Assembly: GCA_030324005.1 (NCBI GenBank)
Contig: JARDVH010000084.1
Location: forward strand, 56,246,647 to 56,310,646
DNA from: Negaprion brevirostris
Taxonomy: Eukaryota
Direction of reading: 5' to 3'
Length of the DNA: 64,000 nt
The position numbers and the translations under genes are program-made. Shown piece by piece: positions 13,111-26,116 of the stretch; position 1 is the stretch's first letter, and each line of letters opens with the position of its first letter. Under the pieces are notes generated by a model that was given only the letters and a program-made list of their open reading frames with translations, made no database searches and was not told where the DNA came from.

Positions 13111-14679
13111 CTGAAAGAAAGTGACAAAGATTACATGGGTTGGAACCATACATCTCATACCAGACCAATTCAGAAATTCTGGGTTCTACTAAACATGGCA
13201 GATCTGTAAATATAGTCTTTGAGACTGGCTGTTCAGCCCTTACACTCCAAAACAATTACTAAATTCCCACTGCTGTGGAGGTGGTGGGGCTGTATCTCCC
13301 TCATTTAAAGACAGTTTCCCCTCTCTTTGACACAAAGAGAAAGCCAAGCAACCAAATTATAGGCCTCCACCAATGAGCAGCAGGAACGCCAAATTGTTGC
13401 ATATAAATAACTCAACTTTCCCATAACACTAACCCCACCCTCCATTCCTTTTCTCTATCTCCAATCTCCCCCAAAACCAAAGCTGGATTCCACTCCCTGA
13501 AAGGAGCAGCTTTAAATCAGCAATTTAGTACAATTTTAATGAAACACTTAGCTCTTCAATTTCTGAAGCCTAATAATCACTTTTAATTGAGGTTTCTCTT
13601 TCCAGTTGACTGTTTTTGTGAATGTACACATTTTTAACTACAGTTAAGTGATACCCAGCTTAGGCACACAGTTTGTGATCTTTGGCCAGTATTAATGGAA
13701 GAAGGGAAAACAGCAATTATCAGTTCCATTTTTCTTCCCAAGGTAATGACTCAGTGCTTTGGTCCTTTAGGCGCTGATTGTGCGTCAACATTTTATTCAG
13801 TTATTGGGAGCAGTGAGACATACTGGGGATTCTTTCCATTAGGATAAAAAAGGCTAAGAGGAAACCTGCTCAAAGTAGAGTGGTTTTAGATAAAGTAAAT
13901 TAGGAAAACCATTGTCACTGGTCAGTGAGAGAAAGATCACAGTGGTTGAAACCATCCATTTTAGTTAAAATTCTAATTATCATGACCAACTTGCAAATCG
14001 AATTTGGTGTTGCCCGAAGATTAAGACACGTTACTTGTCAAAGCAAATCCACATTAGGTTTTTTAAAAAGGGAAGTGGATAAATATTTGGAAAAAGACAA
14101 AAACATAAAAAAGGATATGGGAGTGACTGGATGTTTCTTGGAGAGCGTGGACACACTCAATGGGCCAAATAGTAGTCTTCCGTTCTGGAAAATTCTATGC
14201 TCTATTCAGTGGTGATAGGGCATCAAAGCCAAGTCCAATTCTTATGGCCACACTCATATTTCCTCTCCTCTAACCTGGGATTCCGGGGAAGATTGTAAGC
14301 TCTCCTTTTGCCAGTTTTCCACCTCTGCACAGAAGGAAAAATTAAATCTAAGTCTTTCCTGCTCTCAACTGCTCAGTTTTACGTTTTCAGTTGAAAGAAT
14401 TTTATATTGGGCACAGAGTCAATAAGTGCTCAAGGAGACAAATGCTTTGTTACTCCTATCATCTCTATTATAGACAGTTTTTTGCAAACCCAGGTATAAT
14501 AGGTATAATCAACCCTCAAACACTGTCACCTTGTAACTTTAAAGAAATGCATTTTAACAAATATGTCAGGAAAGGAAATCTGGGTGATAACAAAACTTTG
14601 TCTTGCTTCACAATAACACTAAACAGAATCTGCCATGGTTATTTGAAAGTATTCTTCTTTGACATTCACATATACTCAC

Positions 14680-14781
14680 ATTATCATTTTGGAAGGAGTG
14701 AAGAAAATTGCCTCCTAATTCACCGTCATCCCTTGGAGTGCCTGGAGGATTAGTAATGCTGCTCATATTGTTGGGAGAGTT
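14680..14781 (-). CDS. SSBP3: SSBP3 coding exon (exon 17 equivalent): [34 protein letters not shown]
   Basis: Acceptor tttctag, donor gtgagt; 102 nt. [15 protein letters not shown] points to SSBP3 rather than SSBP2 (GEMGGNFLNPFQSES). Confidence 0.96.
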
Positions 14782-15379
14782 CTAGAAATTAAATAATTTC
14801 ACTGTCAGTAAAAGAAGAGCAATTTTCCTCTGCAAAGATACAACTAGCATATCAACTATCTCAAGCAAGCCCAAATCTAGAGTTGCTAAATGACAGCTTT
14901 ACATTTCAGTTACTGGCACATTCTTGTTAAATTCTAAATTTATGACTTTGACGTGGTATATGTTGCTCCTACTATTAGTAATGTATGGGTCTCTATTGAC
15001 AAGATCTTAATCTTATTACATGGTGCACCAGCTGAGAGAGAGAACAATGCGATTCAACATTCTGGACAGGGTTTATGTTGTAAAGAATAAATAAAAATAC
15101 ACGTCAGTGGGTAGATTTTTATAAATCTATTACTGGGTTACAATCGCAACTCTTGGCCTGTGGGTTGTGATACATGGAGTCCCTGGTTTTCCATTCCCAA
15201 ACAGGATGGTCCAAAAAGACAAAAATAATCCAGAAAACTATTGATAGAATAAAGCTGAAATAAAAACAAAAAAAATGCTGGAAACATTCAGCAGTTCAGA
15301 CAGTATCTATGGAGAGGGGAAGGTAGGGCTGGCATTATACGTTGATGACTTTTTGTCAAAACTGGAAGATTATATAGGA

Positions 15380-16961
15380 TAAATGGTACGGAAACAGGCC
15401 GTTTGGCCCAACTTGTCCATCTGGTGCTTATGCTCCACCCAAGCCTCACATCATTTCTCATCTTTTTCTACCATTGCAGCTATCTATTTCTCTCCCACGC
15501 ATGCCAGTATCCTCGTGAATGCATCTAGACTATTCTTTCAGCCACTCTCAGCAGTAACAAATTCCACATTTTTACCATTCTTTGGAAAAAGGTCTGAATT
15601 TCCTACTGGATTTCTTGTTGAATATTTTATGTTGATGGTCTCTGCGTATGCTCTTGCCCACAAGGGGAAACATTCTCTCCGTATCCACTCTATAAAAACC
15701 TTTCAAAATTATAAACATCTCCATTAGGAGAGCTAATCTAGTCTATCAATTCTATCAAGTCAATCAATTCTTCCTCAATATGTACACCCATGCATTTCCG
15801 CCTTCATCCGTGTATATCTTTTTTGTACGTTCATAAGTACTTTTCTATTCTTTTTGTAATATGGTGACCAGAACTACACACTGGACTCTCAATATTGTCT
15901 AAGGAAGATTTGATACAGGTTTAGCATAACTTCCCTACTTTTCAATTTTGCTATTTTAGAAATAAACTATGGTCTTGCGAACTTGTGACACAATGTTTAG
16001 CGATTGATGCATTTGTTTCTTTACCTCACCTAGACTTGCACTTTCCAAGTAATAAATGACCTTCCTATTCTTCCTTCAAAACATACCACCTCTCACATTT
16101 ATCTGTGTTGAACTTCATTTGCCAATTATTCACCCATTCTGCAGGTTAATTATGTCCTAATGCAATTTGTCCTCCGCAAATTTAGAATCACACTTTTAAC
16201 CCAAAGTCTAAATGGTCAATGTAAGTTGTGAAAAGCAATTGTCTCCGCACTAATCCTTGTGAAACATCACTTCCTACTTTCTGCCATTCTGAATGACAAC
16301 CTTTTACTCCCAACCTTTGCTGACTGTATTTAAGTCAGCTAGCAATCCATTCTGCACTTGTCCCCTGGCTACGTATTCTCTGACCTTGCTCATTGGTCTA
16401 CTATGGGGTATTTTATCAAAGGTCTTTTGAAATTCCAAATAAATTGCATCTAATGCATCACCATTTTCTACTGCATTTGTCACCATCTCAAAAATGTTGA
16501 TAGAGCTGATCAAAAAGGATTTTCCTTTTTGAAATCCACATTGACTATTCATTATTATATTTCTCATTTGTAGATGTCCATACTCTTTCCGTTAGTTAAG
16601 GATTCCATTATTTTTCCTACGACTGATGTTAAGCTGTTTGGTCCACAATTCCCTGGGCATGTCTTTCCATTCTCACATACAGGAATTGCATTTGTTTGCT
16701 ACCAATTTTGCACACCTTCTAACAAATTAAGTGTGAGTAGCAATGCTTCTGATATCTCTTCTCTAGATTTTTTTGAAGTACACAGATGCAGTTCATCTGA
16801 ACCAGGGCTTTAACCTCTGAGTTTATTTAGTTTATTCAATATATCCCCTTTTAAATATACTGATCGAATTATTTATCATTCAATGCCATGTCTCCCTGTT
16901 CTATTTCTCTGGTAAATATGGCAGCCAAATAATTATTTAATATTTCTGCCATCTCTCCATT
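15380..16961 (-). mobile_element. CR1-type LINE RT fragment
   Basis: ORF 16304..16567 NSQCGFQKGKS...DAIYLEFQKTFDKIPHSR, and EMAEILNNYLAAIFTRE upstream. Confidence 0.9.
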
Positions 16962-18416
16962 NNNNNNNNNNNNNNNNNNNNNNNNNNNNNNNNNNNNNNN
17001 NNNNNNNNNNNNNNNNNNNNNNNNNNNNNNNNNNNNNNNNNNNNNNNNNNNNNNNNNNNNNNNNNNNNNNNNNNNNNNNNNNNNNNNNNNNNNNNNNNNN
17101 NNNNNNNNNNNNNNNNNNNNNNNNNNNNNNNNNNNNNNNNNNNNNNNNNNNNNACTATTAAGAGGAATTAGTGAAACTAAAGACAAAATGAGACCAGAGG
17201 ATGCAGAGTAAGAGGGAAGCACAGAAAATTTGATAATTTATCACTTGAATGCTCCATGGGCAACTGGGGATGGGCAATAAATGCTGGCCTAGCCAGTGAT
17301 GCCCACATCCTGTAAATGAAAACTTCTTAAAAAACTTTCATTCCCATTCCAATCTCTTAGCCCTTGGTTGCTTACATGTTCCAAAGGAGTTAGTTCAATA
17401 CAAGCTCACATTTCTATTACGCATATCACTGATCTCAACCATTTAAAACCTTTATCCCAACTCCCAGTTACTCTTAGCTAATAGTTGTTGGCAATGTAAG
17501 ATAGGCTCCCCACTGTTCCCCAAGAATTGAGGTGATGGTAGGCTGATGCTTGGGATGATCACCCTCAACACCTTTGTATTTTTCTTTCCTTCCAGCAAAT
17601 TCCTAGGCTGCAGTAAATTTCTCCTCCTTTCCAGATTTTCCACACTTCCCTCGCCTTTCTATTCGGCTGCAATCATTTACATTTCCTCAGGATTTGTGTG
17701 CATCTGTTATTTCTCTAATTTCTCTCATTCTTGCCTCCTTTTGTCAGAGGCATTATCACCTCTATCACTTAATCGCTACCATTCCTCCATGTAATCACAG
17801 ACCTTTCTCATTTTTCTCCCCACCTTTTTTCCCCCCTGGCTGTAGTCCAAAGACAATTTTGTGCAGACATGAGACACCTAAAGTCTGTTCTGGCTCAGGT
17901 TACACATGTCACCAGCTCAGCAAGTGGTCAGGAGAAAGGAAGTCAATCAACATGGGCTCCATTTGGGAGATTAAGTTGTTTGTATATTTAAAGAAAACTA
18001 GACTGTATATAGCCAGCAGAGTGTAGTTAAGATCCAAAAAAATGAATATATGTTAAAGCAATTGCCCTGATTATCCACCTTTGGATGACGCAAAGCAAAC
18101 TGTAAATTTTAAATTTGATTCATGTGCACTAACCATAGAAAGGAAACATCATTACCAAAATGTCCGAATAAGTTTAATGCACTGAACATTATACTTATAT
18201 AGGAGATTAAATTAGTGGACCCAAGAACAAAACTCTGCTTCTGAGTTCTTCTACAGCATGCAGTATTTACGTGGAATAATATTTATCACCCTCCCTCGCA
18301 CCAACTCGATCCCGCTTTCCATTCCTTACCAATTCCAGTTGTGCTTAGTTTCTGTTGGAAAGTTATATTGAGGAATACATTTTGGATGAAATTAAATATT
18401 AAAGCTAGATTTGTAC

Positions 18417-18445
18417 CTTAGGGATCCCGTCCATATCTCCTGATC
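18417..18445 (-). CDS. SSBP3: SSBP3 coding exon (exon 16 equivalent): (G)SGDMDGIPK
   Basis: Acceptor tctcctcag, donor gtacaa; 29 nt; human counterpart GSGDIDGLPK. Confidence 0.93.
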
Positions 18446-18783
18446 CTGAGGAGAGTAACAAAGTGAAACATTTAGTTTAAAATGTGCTTTGCTTCTACAA
18501 ATTACCCTACATGTTGGAGAATACAAGACAGTACTGGAAAATTCCACCATTGTTTGTAACATTACATATTTGCAGCCTGCTAAGATACATTACAACTGTA
18601 CTTTACTTTTGCAGGTAAATAAATCCACATTCATCTCCTTATGATTACAGTATCTCTTTCCTACTTGAGAACTCAGAAGCCTGCTTACTTAAAATGAATT
18701 TTATACACCTAAACAGGGTTAAGTTTTAACACTGATTCCACTGGCTTGCTTTCATGATTATTTCTGCGGGAAAAGCAACTTAC

Positions 18784-18862
18784 CTAATGATCCATTCATG
18801 TGATGTGGCTCAATTCCTCCCATTCCACCCATTGGTCCCTCGGAGCCAGGACCCAGCGGGAA
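18784..18862 (-). CDS. SSBP3: SSBP3 coding exon (exon 15 equivalent): [26 protein letters not shown](G)
   Basis: Acceptor cctttcag, donor gtaagt; 79 nt. Confidence 0.96.
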
Positions 18863-19291
18863 CTGAAAGGAGAAATGGAAACAAAATAAAAATAAGCGTT
18901 CAAGATTTCCATGGCTGCTGCACAAATGGCAAACATTCTGCTTATGATGGTTGCCCAGGAGTCTCTGGTGATGAAAAAAATCCTGAACACAACCGATCGT
19001 TATTTACAACTATGAAACATCAAAAACATACAACTCTTGTCTTCTTTCCTTCCAGATGTTAACTACCAGATGTTAACAAGCCTGCTGTGTAAGTCCAGAA
19101 TTGTCTATTTCATTTTTAAAAAATCTTTTTCAATTAATTTAAGTATGTTAATCCTAAATGCCAATTATGTGTTTTATGTACCATAAAGGAAAAAGTTGGC
19201 ATTTTTGTTTCCATTGTGACTCAAGTTGTGAGGAATCAAGAGGTTTATCCCTGTAGCATTTTTTCTTCTTTCTTGTAGATCCTAAACTTAC

Positions 19292-19362
19292 ATTTGATCG
19301 GCTTCCTCCAGGTGGTACTGGATTAATCATTGTGTACATATTGTCACTGGAATTCGTTGAAT
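19292..19362 (-). CDS. SSBP3: SSBP3 coding exon (exon 14 equivalent): (D)STNSSDNMYTMINPVPPGGSRSN
   Basis: Also visible in ORF 19154..19372; acceptor tacag, donor gtaagt; 71 nt. Confidence 0.96.
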
Positions 19363-19714
19363 CTGTATTCAAGGAAAACAGAAAAACAAATCAACATGAT
19401 TAATGGAGCCTCCATTCATACACGGCAAACATGCAGCACTTGCATGGGAAGTTCTCCTGAGTTTCTTGGTCTGTCTTTTAAAACAGTACTTCTTTTAAAA
19501 GCAAAATTTTCCTTTAACAAGCAGCTGGTGATTTGGTGCAGGAATTGTCTACTTCGGCTACTTTGTTCATGACATAACATTTACAGCAGAGTGACAGGCT
19601 ATTTAGTCCTGCAGCTCCACACCAGCTCCTCTTGCCCTTTATCAAATCCATGAACATGATCTTTTAACCCTTGTGTTTTATCTTGCTTCACATTAAATGC
19701 ATCTACTACATCTT

Positions 19715-20042
19715 GGGCAGCACGGAAGCACAGTGGTTAGCGCTGCTGCTTCATAGCCCCAGGGACCTGGGTTCGACTCCCAGCTTGGGTCACTGTCTGT
19801 GTGGAGTTTGCACATTCTCCTCGTGTCTGCACGGGTTTCCTCCAGGTGTTCCGGTTTCCTCCCACAGTCCAAAGATGTGTGGGTTAGGTTGATTGGCTGT
19901 GCTCAATTGCCCCTTAGTGCCGGGGGGGGGGGCTAGCAGTGCAAATATAAGAGGTTACGGGGATAGGGCCTGCGTGGGATTGTTGTTGATGCAGACTCAA
20001 TGGGCCGAATGGCATCTTTCTGCACTGTAGGGATTCTATTAT
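19715..20042 (+). mobile_element. tRNA-derived V-domain SINE (HE1-like), full length
   Basis: A-box-like gcacagtggttagc, B-box GGTTCGACTCCC, V-domain gtttgcacattctcc...ccggtttcctcccacagtccaaagatgtg, CR1-derived tail. Confidence 0.88.
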
Positions 20043-21654
20043 ATAAACAACAGACACTCTGGAAGGGTTATGGAGGGTTACGCCACCCATGAAATCATCT
20101 CCAACAGATGTAATGATGGCAGAAAAGAAAAAATCAAAATGAATACTCTAGGGAGTTAATTCGCTTTTCAGCATAGCGTTCAACATCAGAAATTATCGAA
20201 TTTCACTCTCATTATGACACGATTGCTTCAGCGCCTTGGAACAACACATCGCTGGTTAGCATGTGGTTTGAATTTAATCCACACAAACAGATCATCTGTT
20301 CAATGCATTTCTTGCCCAGAAATGTCAGGAACGCCCATTGTCTTCAAAGGGAATTTGTAATGGGTTTTAGCCTTCACATGGCGAGAAAGGGGCAAAGTTG
20401 GCTCAGCATTCCTGCAATATTCTAAGTGTGGCAAACAAAATAACGCACCGACAATTTGTATTAATTTTGCACCTTCAAAAGTAAAATGTCCCAGGTACTT
20501 GACAGGAACGGGATGTGAAACAACATGAAGCTACTGAAGTTCACAGTTCATGGGGGGGCTGGGGGAAGGTGGTGGCATACGGCAACCCAGCAAACACTGT
20601 GCAAGTCACTCAGAAGTTGCCCCCTCTGAGATTACACACACACACGGTTACGAAACAAAAGAAATGGATCGTGCATTCAAATAAACAGGCTGCACACAGC
20701 GAGGAAAGTTTCGAGGGGACATCGCGAGCCACGTATGGGAGATAAATCCAGTTACCCTGGACATCATGGCCAGGACAAGCTCTGCACAACTTTGGCAGGA
20801 GGGCGAGATGAATAACTGTTGCTGTTATTCAGCAAGAGGGGAGGATTCCGAGCAGGCGCCAGATGTTTGTTTTGTTCTAATACAGTACTGTTTCCCAGAT
20901 GTTTACCCAATGAGATATTGCGCTTTTATACAGTAAACACATTTCCAACAGCATACATCTTTCTGCAGTGAATCATTTCACTGATATCAAGCCAGAAGCT
21001 GTCGTATGCTCAGTCTCGAAGGTGCAAGAGACAGACCTCTTGAGGCACATCTGATTTTCTCCTTAACAGATTCGCGTTCACGCAGTGATTTTTTTTTCGT
21101 AAATCNNNNNNNNNNNNNNNNNNNNNNNNNNNNNNNNNNNNNNNNNNNNNNNNNNNNNNNNNNNNNNNNNNNNNNNNNNNNNNNNNNNNNNNNNNNNNNN
21201 NNNNNGCATTAATTCGTGTTGTTACTTTTAGCGATTTCTGAATCTTTATCCCCATAACTTACCACACAAGGTCACCACAGAAAACAAGTGCTGAACTTGC
21301 AGTTTATAGATGAATTAGCTGAAGTTCTCCGCCAGTTCATTCTCTAGTTAAATTATACAACACCCTCACCTACATTAATCTAGTATTTTGCACCAACTTT
21401 CTATTAAAGGAGCAATACGTTATGAACAGTGTTCAATATTATAAATTCATTTTTTGTTTTAAGTTGAATGATGATGGTAACTAATTTTTAATGGTTGCTG
21501 AGCCCCAGGGCATTAAGGAATGCAGTGAAAGGAACTTAAGTCAATAAAACATCCTACATGACAGTGACTTGTCAAAGTTCATCCCTTTATAACTTCAGAT
21601 GCTTACCTTCTGGCGCCTTTCCACCGGTTACAGATTTAAAAGGGATTTTAAAAT

Positions 21655-21920
21655 CATAATCATAAAATCAAAGAATAGTGCAGAAGGAGGCTATTCAGCC
21701 CATCAAGCCTGCACAGACAACAATCCCACCAAGCCCTATCCCTGTAACTCTGCACGTTTACCCTGCCAATCTCCCTGACACTAAGGGCAACTTAGCATGG
21801 CCAATCAACATGGGCAGAGAAAAGATCACCTGGTGGAAACCCACGCAAACATGGGGAGAACATGCAAACTTCACACAGTCACCAATGGCAGGAATTGAGC
21901 ACAGATCCCTGGCACCATAA
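21655..21920 (-). mobile_element. V-domain SINE (HE1-like), reverse orientation, internally deleted
   Basis: Reverse complement of the 19715 family. Confidence 0.8.
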
Positions 21921-22819
21921 GGAAACAAAAGTTGCAAAATTCAATCGGTAGCCAATAAATAGATCAAACTAGTAGCAGCTTCCTCATCATTTTTTCCTTA
22001 TGTTTCTGGTATTGAAGTGTTTCAAGTGCAATAAATGAAGGGCACAGTCTTCCAACCCACTGTTTACTACCATATAATTACAACAGGTCAGTGAGTAACC
22101 CAGTTATTGATGGAATTTGGTTACTGAAACAAAGGAGTAATTACTTTATTCGCATTCGTAAATTTATTACATTGAACACAGTAAAAAAAAAAAATTACGT
22201 AAAGCTAGGCACTTGACACCAAAAACACTGGACTCGAACAATTCAAACTTGTTCTCTGGTTATAGAAATCAATATTATAAATTTAAAAATTATCTGTATG
22301 GTGCCTGAGACCCACCAGAACAAATTCATATACAATTCATTCAATATAAAAAGTTAAACTGGTAGCTCAGGTACAAGTACAAAATTTTGTATCAAATTTA
22401 AGTGCAAGCGTAGTGCACTTTAAAAAGAACATTATTTAATCCAATTGTCCAATTACATAGGTAATTAAGCTATGCAGTAGGTGCTGATGACACAGTTGAG
22501 GGTATTATTTAGGAGTATTATTGAATCCAACACTTACGGGAAACCCATCAACAGAGAATTATTTATCTCATACTGCTGACGTTCTTTCAGTCAGTGACTA
22601 AATTGCGTAATCAACACATACTGTCTCAAGAAAAACATACTGGGGCAAAAAGCAGGTAAGGCTTTGATCTTTTAGAAAATAATTACTGACAGGACATTTG
22701 TTAGGTTGAAATGTGGTAGCTCGTACATGTTTTCATGTGAAATCTTGACAAGTAGTTAAGACTAGCATGTGTTCAAGATTTTAACAGCAGTATTGAGAGA
22801 CTCATGGGTAAAGTTGTAC

Positions 22820-22874
22820 CTGCTGGACTTGGCATTATTGGTGTCCCTGGAGGACCTCCACCACCAGGGGGCCC
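22820..22874 (-). CDS. SSBP3: SSBP3 coding exon (exon 13 equivalent): GPPGGGGPPGTPIMPSPA(D)
   Basis: Acceptor ttcatag, donor gtacaa; 55 nt, phase 0-1. Confidence 0.95.
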
Positions 22875-23792
22875 CTATGAACAAAACACACAAATCAGCC
22901 TCACGATTGAATCATTACAGTATACACTAGGTTATGTTGTTGTGAGCATACTGCACAGAGGGCTTGGTGCATTGCTAAATATTCTCAATACAAAATTAGA
23001 AAACAGTCTACTGAACATAGAGATTTTTGAGAGCCCAAAGGAAACAGGAAATCATTCCAACATCAGGTCAAATTTGTCTGCCTCTAGGCTGTAACCAACA
23101 CTAGTTCCTAGAGTCACAGATGGACTTTAATCAACTACTAAAAATATGTTGAAGTGATTGCTTAGTCATTTTACCTTCGTGGTCCCTCTCTTTTGGAGAA
23201 GATTTTTAAAAAATGTTTGCGACATCTCTGAAGCCAGTGCCAAATATATTCCAATTTCAGCTTTTTACACAAATCACTCACCAAATTAGCAAAATGTTAA
23301 ACGTTGCTATGGTCAGTTCAAGCATGAGGTGGGATTTACTTTAAAAAAAAGCTAAATTGTATATTTGAAAAACTTAGCTGGAGAACAGCAATGTTTCATT
23401 GTGACAACTTCTCCCAACTAAAAAGATTTTTCAATATTCAAAATCTGTAGCCGAGTATATTGTGGTGCATGAAACTGTAAGCAGCAATGCAGGAGTTAAT
23501 GCAAAAACTCAACTCTAAAATATACTTTCTTTGATTTGGGGAAGGATTATGCCAACTGTTTCTAGCTGTGACAACTTAATCATTTCCCTCAATACCCACA
23601 CGTAAGAGAATCTTTTACCAACTGTCCTTCCTTCTGTGACATCCTATCGGGAAGGGGTCAACACCACAGACAGATATATTCCTGGGCAAAATTTCCGACA
23701 ACTATTTCTGATCACCTCCAGCAGCCTTAGAACTTTTCTTCACCTACAAGCATTTGTACTGTGCAAAACATGCTCGAAATACAAATACGTAC

Positions 23793-23828
23793 CCCATATG
23801 TACCAGGAGATGATGAGGAATATGGAAT
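23793..23828 (-). CDS. SSBP3: SSBP3 coding exon (exon 12 equivalent): IPYSSSSPGTYG
   Basis: Acceptor tttcactttcag, donor gtacgt; 36 nt. Confidence 0.94.
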
Positions 23829-24259
23829 CTGAAAGTGAAAACATCATATTTGAGAGATTTAAAATCAAATTTACCAAACATTAATGAAGCCAGTCTCAAA
23901 CTCTGCTTATCTATTATAAATATGCTTTGGGTGAAATCTTGCACATTGACTTACAATAGCTTGCCTCAAAATCTAAATTGATAGAAAGTTAAGATCTAGT
24001 TTATGAATGGGGTGGGGGAATAAACTTCTCTAAGTGTTGATCTCTTTTTTGTCCTGATTTCTCTGGAAGACTTACCCAAATGGCCATTCCTCCCGTGTAA
24101 ACTGGTAATAAGTACTGGTAAAATATTTATATGAAGACTTGAGACAATCTCAATGTTGCCAACCATTAGTAAATTGAACTTTTTAAGGCAGCGATGAACA
24201 GGTTGATAAAATTCCTATTTTCGTCCCCCTCTCCCAAATTCATGATCACCAAAAAATAC

Positions 24260-24760
24260 TGGCATTTATATAACACAGGATAACATTCTAAAGTACTTTA
24301 AAGACAGCTTTTGAAGTGTTGTTTGAGTATTGTAAAATAACTAATACAAGAAACACATTAGCCAAATTGCACACAGCAAAATCTCACAGCAGTAATGACC
24401 AGATTGTGCGTTTTAATGATGTAGGTTGAGGGATAAATACTGGTCTGGATTAGTGTTGAAATAATATCGTAGGATATTTAAAGTTAACCTGAAAGGACAG
24501 TCAAACCCTTGGTTTAACGGTCTCAACTGCACTTCCAACAGTTCAGTGTTCCCACAATACTGTAGTGATTCAAGTTCAAATCTCGCAGGGCTGAATGGCC
24601 TGTTCCTTGTTCGCATGTTCAAACTTTTATTTCAAGTATTATTATTACTCAAAATGCTGTATTGTGGGAGGGCTACACTGGAGTGCCAGCCAAGATTCGT
24701 GCTTAAGGCTTTGGAGTGTGACTTGAACTTGATTCCTTCAGATTCAAGTGAGTTGACATG
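24260..24760 (-). mobile_element. Deu-domain SINE relic (SacSINE/AmnSINE-like)
   Basis: gccaaattgcacacagcaaaatctcac...gttgagggataaata is the reverse complement of the Deu domain; homologous to 54001-54560. Confidence 0.65.
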
Positions 24761-25051
24761 GGTCAATTGTAGCGTCTTCACTGTCACTCTAATTGACACA
24801 AACTAACTGAGTAGAGGGACATTGATTACACTTCTAAAGTGTTTTGCTTAATACTGTCAAAGACACCCATTTACCCATCCATTATCAGGGAAACTGCTTT
24901 GTCCACTATTATCACAATTATCACTACAGAGACTGATGGGTCATAAAGGCATTTATTCTGCAGGTAGATGAGAAGCACAGGATAGATTAAGGAAATAGAA
25001 AATCAGTTGTTGTAATTGTTATTGTACATTAACTAAACCAAACTTAATATC

Positions 25052-25426
25052 CCAAGATTAGGATATTCAGAACAATTATCTGAAAGACATTGGTTATAGA
25101 AAGGAGTATTTATAACCTCGTGGCAATTACTGATAATTTGGTCTGATATATCACTCAAAAGCAGTCTGAGCCACATACAAGTGTGAAGCCAGAAAGCTTC
25201 TCGAGAAGGGTGTGTAACAGATCATGTGATTAAATAGTTTAGGAAAAAACATTTTACACTCAACTACATGATCTACATATTAGAAAAGTAACTTTCTTGA
25301 TTCATAATTTGCATGTGGCTCAGGATTTATCAGACCAAATTACCCATCGTATGTCTGAGGGGTTATAAACATTATTTCTCTTTATGTATGTATTTGAGTT
25401 ACTTATCCTGAATATCCCAGCTCTGG
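25052..25426. repeat. Long imperfect inverted repeat (foldback / MITE-like)
   Basis: Nested arm matches 25061-70/25408-17, 25134-48/25328-42 (15/15), 25166-80/25309-23 (14/15), 25219-27/25266-74. Confidence 0.88.
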
Positions 25427-25806
25427 TTTGTAATAATTGAAAACTAAGGCACCGAGTTAGAACCCCTTGTTTCAACTAAGTTATCAGTCTCCTCCAGACA
25501 GGGCAACTATGGGAATATTACTATTTCCTCAGTCATCAAAGATTGGTCGCAGGAAACTGCAACTAATGTTTCCTTGCGTTCCTGTCCAGTGACTTCTGGT
25601 GGAAAGTACACTTCTGTGAGCAGGAGAACACAGGATTCAAGCTCAATTATGATGGCCCGTAGTGAACAACTGACTGCCAGCACTGCTGAGGCATCCAGGT
25701 GAATAATACACAAGCTGATAAAGTTGTCCACGGGACTATATTCAGCAGAGACAATTTCCAGGAGGGAAATGGGGGAAAAAAAAGGAATTTATGTGGTGAT
25801 CCTAGG

Positions 25807-25941
25807 ATGGCATGGTGGCACAGTGGTTAGCACTGCTGCCTCACAGTGCCAGAGACCCAGGTTTGATTCCCGGCTTGGGTCACCGTCTGTGCAGAGTCTG
25901 CACATTCTCCGTGTGTCTGCGTGGGTTTCCTCTGGGTGTTC
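25807..25941 (+). mobile_element. V-domain SINE 5' part (truncated by gap)
   Basis: ggtggcacagtggttagcactgctgcctcacag head and start of the V-domain. Confidence 0.85.
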
Positions 25942-26041
25942 NNNNNNNNNNNNNNNNNNNNNNNNNNNNNNNNNNNNNNNNNNNNNNNNNNNNNNNNNNN
26001 NNNNNNNNNNNNNNNNNNNNNNNNNNNNNNNNNNNNNNNNN

Positions 26042-26116
26042 ATGATCTTATTGAATGGCGGGGCAGGCTCGAAGGGTTAGATGGCCTACTCCTGCTCCTA
26101 TTTCTTATGTTCTTAT
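26042..26116 (+). mobile_element. Young CR1 LINE 3' tail
   Basis: atgatcttattgaatggcggggcaggctcgaagggttagatggcctactcctgctcctatttcttatgttctta. Confidence 0.8.

Noticed and set aside
15255-15370. Additional Penelope-type or hammerhead remnants (also ~19030, ~37620, ~61510)
   Set aside because: Too degenerate; no intact CUGANGA/GAAA core.
19715-19790. tRNA genes at SINE heads (also 25807, 26722, 31515, 48118, 52725)
   Set aside because: A/B boxes run straight into SINE bodies with no complete cloverleaf.
24076-24114. Possible 39-nt (YLLPVYTGGMAIW) or 26-nt cassette exon with a strong gtaagt donor
   Set aside because: The sequence (gaatggccatttgg) resembles an old dispersed SINE also seen near 38950, and the peptide is unlike SSBP3; more likely a cryptic site without transcript evidence.
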